The notes under the pieces were generated by a model, which worked only from the letters and a program-made list of their open reading frames with translations, searched no databases and was not told the DNA's origin. Source: a virus (lineage: Duplodnaviria; Heunggongvirae; Uroviricota; Caudoviricetes). From it: a stretch of DNA of 27,110 nt. Positions 25,831 through 27,110 of this stretch are shown one piece after another. How positions within the stretch are numbered: position 1 is the stretch's first letter; each line of letters starts with the position of its first letter. Made by a program: the position numbers and the translations under genes. Where the stretch lies: positions 1-27,110 of the IMG/VR virus record IMGVR_UViG_2579778745_000003; one strand, given 5' to 3'.

Positions 25831-27110
25831 ATGAATGACGTTACAGTTGTTACATCGGTTACTTACCCATCACCCGAGTCGTTGGCTCTGGTGGCTGATG
25901 TGCAATACCACGAACCATATCTGTCAGCCGCTCTAAACCGAAAATTCAGGGGAATTGTTGACCCGGGATTTTATGCTGGTTTCTTGCCTAAGCCTGGCGG
26001 TGGGATGAACCTGTTAATCACCTCAGTGGATGGAGATAAAACCGCTGGCGCGGCGTCAGTGGATATTGGTGAATTCTACCAGGTAACTATTCAGCATCGT
26101 AAGGATATATCTCTTGCACTTAACGCAGGCAAGAAATATGCAATTGTGCTGAAGGGAAGATACCTTCTTGGAGAAGATACCTATCAGGTGAATACCGCGT
26201 CACATATTCATGCAGCTGAATTTGTTGCCAGAACCTATACCGATTCATATCAGTTAGGTGATGGGGAACTGCTGGTTTGTACGGTGAATATCCCTGCTGG
26301 CGTATCTACCATTACTCAAGAGATGATTGATACATCCGAGCGTATCAACCGCACGATCGGCATTGATATTTCAGACTCTGTAACCAGTACCAGAAGTGAT
26401 GTTGCTGCGAGTTCGCTGGCAGTTAAAAAAGCCTACGATCTGGCGAAAAGCAAGTATACGGCGCAGGATGCAAGCACAACGCAAAAGGGATTAGTTCAGC
26501 TCAGTAGTGCTACTGACAGTACGTCCGAAGCGCTGGCCGCCACACCGAAAGCAGTCAAGGCAGCATATGACCTGGCTAACGGGAAGTATACAGCCCAGGA
26601 TGCAACCACGACACAAAAAGGGATAGTTCAGCTTAGTAGCGCCACGAACAGCACGTCTGAAACGCTGGCAGCGACACCAAAAGCTGTTAAGGCGGTAATG
26701 GATGAAACGAACAAGAAAGCACCATTAAACAGCCCGGCACTGACCGGAACGCCAACAACACCAACAGCGCCACAGGGGACTAATAATACCCAGATCGCAA
26801 GCACGGCTTTCGTTATGGCCGCGATTGCCGCACTTGTAGACTCGTCGCCTGACGCACTGAATACGCTGAACGAGTTAGCGGCGGCGCTGGGCAACGACCC
26901 GAATTTTGCGACCACCATGACTAACGCGCTTGCGGGTAAGCAACCGAAGGATGCCACCCTGACGGCGCTGGCAGAGCTTGCTACATCAGCAGATAAACTC
27001 CCATATTTTACAGGGGAAGATCGTGCCGCGTTAACCGCGTTGACAAGTGTTGGACGTGCCATTCTTGGTAAAACCAGCACTCAGGGCGTTCTTGATTACC
27101 TTGGTTTGGG
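25831..27110 (+). CDS. Tail-fibre protein, 5' part only (P1 S / Mu S-like); runs off the window end
   Basis: Hand-translated open frame from ATG 25831 with no stop to the window end; tail-fibre-type repeats ...KAVKAAYDLA...; absent from the ORF track because it has no stop. Confidence 0.8.
   Translation, partial: MNDVTVVTSVTYPSPESLALVADVQYHEPYLSAALNRKFRGIVDPGFYAGFLPKPGGGMNLLITSVDGDKTAGAASVDIGEFYQVTIQHRKDISLALNAGKKYAIVLKGRYLLGEDTYQVNTASHIHAAEFVARTYTDSYQLGDGELLVCTVNIPAGVSTITQEMIDTSERINRTIGIDISDSVTSTRSDVAASSLAVKKAYDLAKSKYTAQDASTTQKGLVQLSSATDSTSEALAATPKAVKAAYDLANGKYTAQDATTTQKGIVQLSSATNSTSETLAATPKAVKAVMDETNKKAPLNSPALTGTPTTPTAPQGTNNTQIASTAFVMAAIAALVDSSPDALNTLNELAAALGNDPNFATTMTNALAGKQPKDATLTALAELATSADKLPYFTGEDRAALTALTSVGRAILGKTSTQGVLDYLGL
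26431..26694 (+). repeat. Two tandem 132-bp (44-aa) repeats inside the tail-fibre gene
   Basis: AYDLAKSKYTAQDASTTQKGLVQLSSATDSTSEALAATPKAVKA followed by AYDLANGKYTAQDATTTQKGIVQLSSATNSTSETLAATPKAVKA; period exactly 132 bp. Confidence 0.85.

Noticed and set aside
26628-27080. ORF of 150 aa on the - strand
   Set aside because: Antisense inside the tail-fibre gene; alanine/serine-rich shadow frame.

Overview
This window reads as a contiguous piece of a P1-family phage-plasmid (P1-like myovirus prophage that replicates as a plasmid). Nothing here was searched against a database; all identifications are from reading the sequence and from memory of the P1 literature. In order, left to right: (1) a plasmid origin with a consensus DnaA box, a cluster of GATC heptamers and five 21-bp-spaced iterons; repA; then a second iteron array in mixed orientation (incA-like). 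(2) A gene whose N-terminus carries a T5orf172/GIY-YIG-like motif, sitting between the replicon and the partition module. (3) ParA and ParB that I recognise as P1-type, followed by a parS with P1-style box A/box B motifs. (4) Late structural genes on the + strand (capsid-like, sheath-like and smaller virion proteins). (5) A hok/mok/sok-type type I toxin-antitoxin on the - strand, whose 51-aa toxin is below the ORF-track length cut-off. (6) The P1 L-replicon/immI block on the - strand: repL, kilA, the C1 operator Op53, ant, icd, a c4 antisense-RNA region and the C1 operator Op51. (7) Divergent from Op51, a visibly AT-rich three-gene cassette encoding two signal-peptide proteins and a coiled-coil protein with a C-terminal SH3b-like domain. 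It sits where P1 carries its sim superinfection-exclusion genes. The first protein ends in a peptide motif that also occurs twice inside the Sit tape-measure/transglycosylase protein further right. This is my top candidate for an undescribed system. (8) A tail/baseplate module: a gene with an apparent +1 frame change at a G5 run directly upstream of sit, the 1120-aa Sit-like protein with a lytic transglycosylase domain, baseplate genes, and the 5' part of a tail-fibre gene with a 132-bp tandem repeat that runs off the window end. Functional names for the smaller structural genes are low-confidence.
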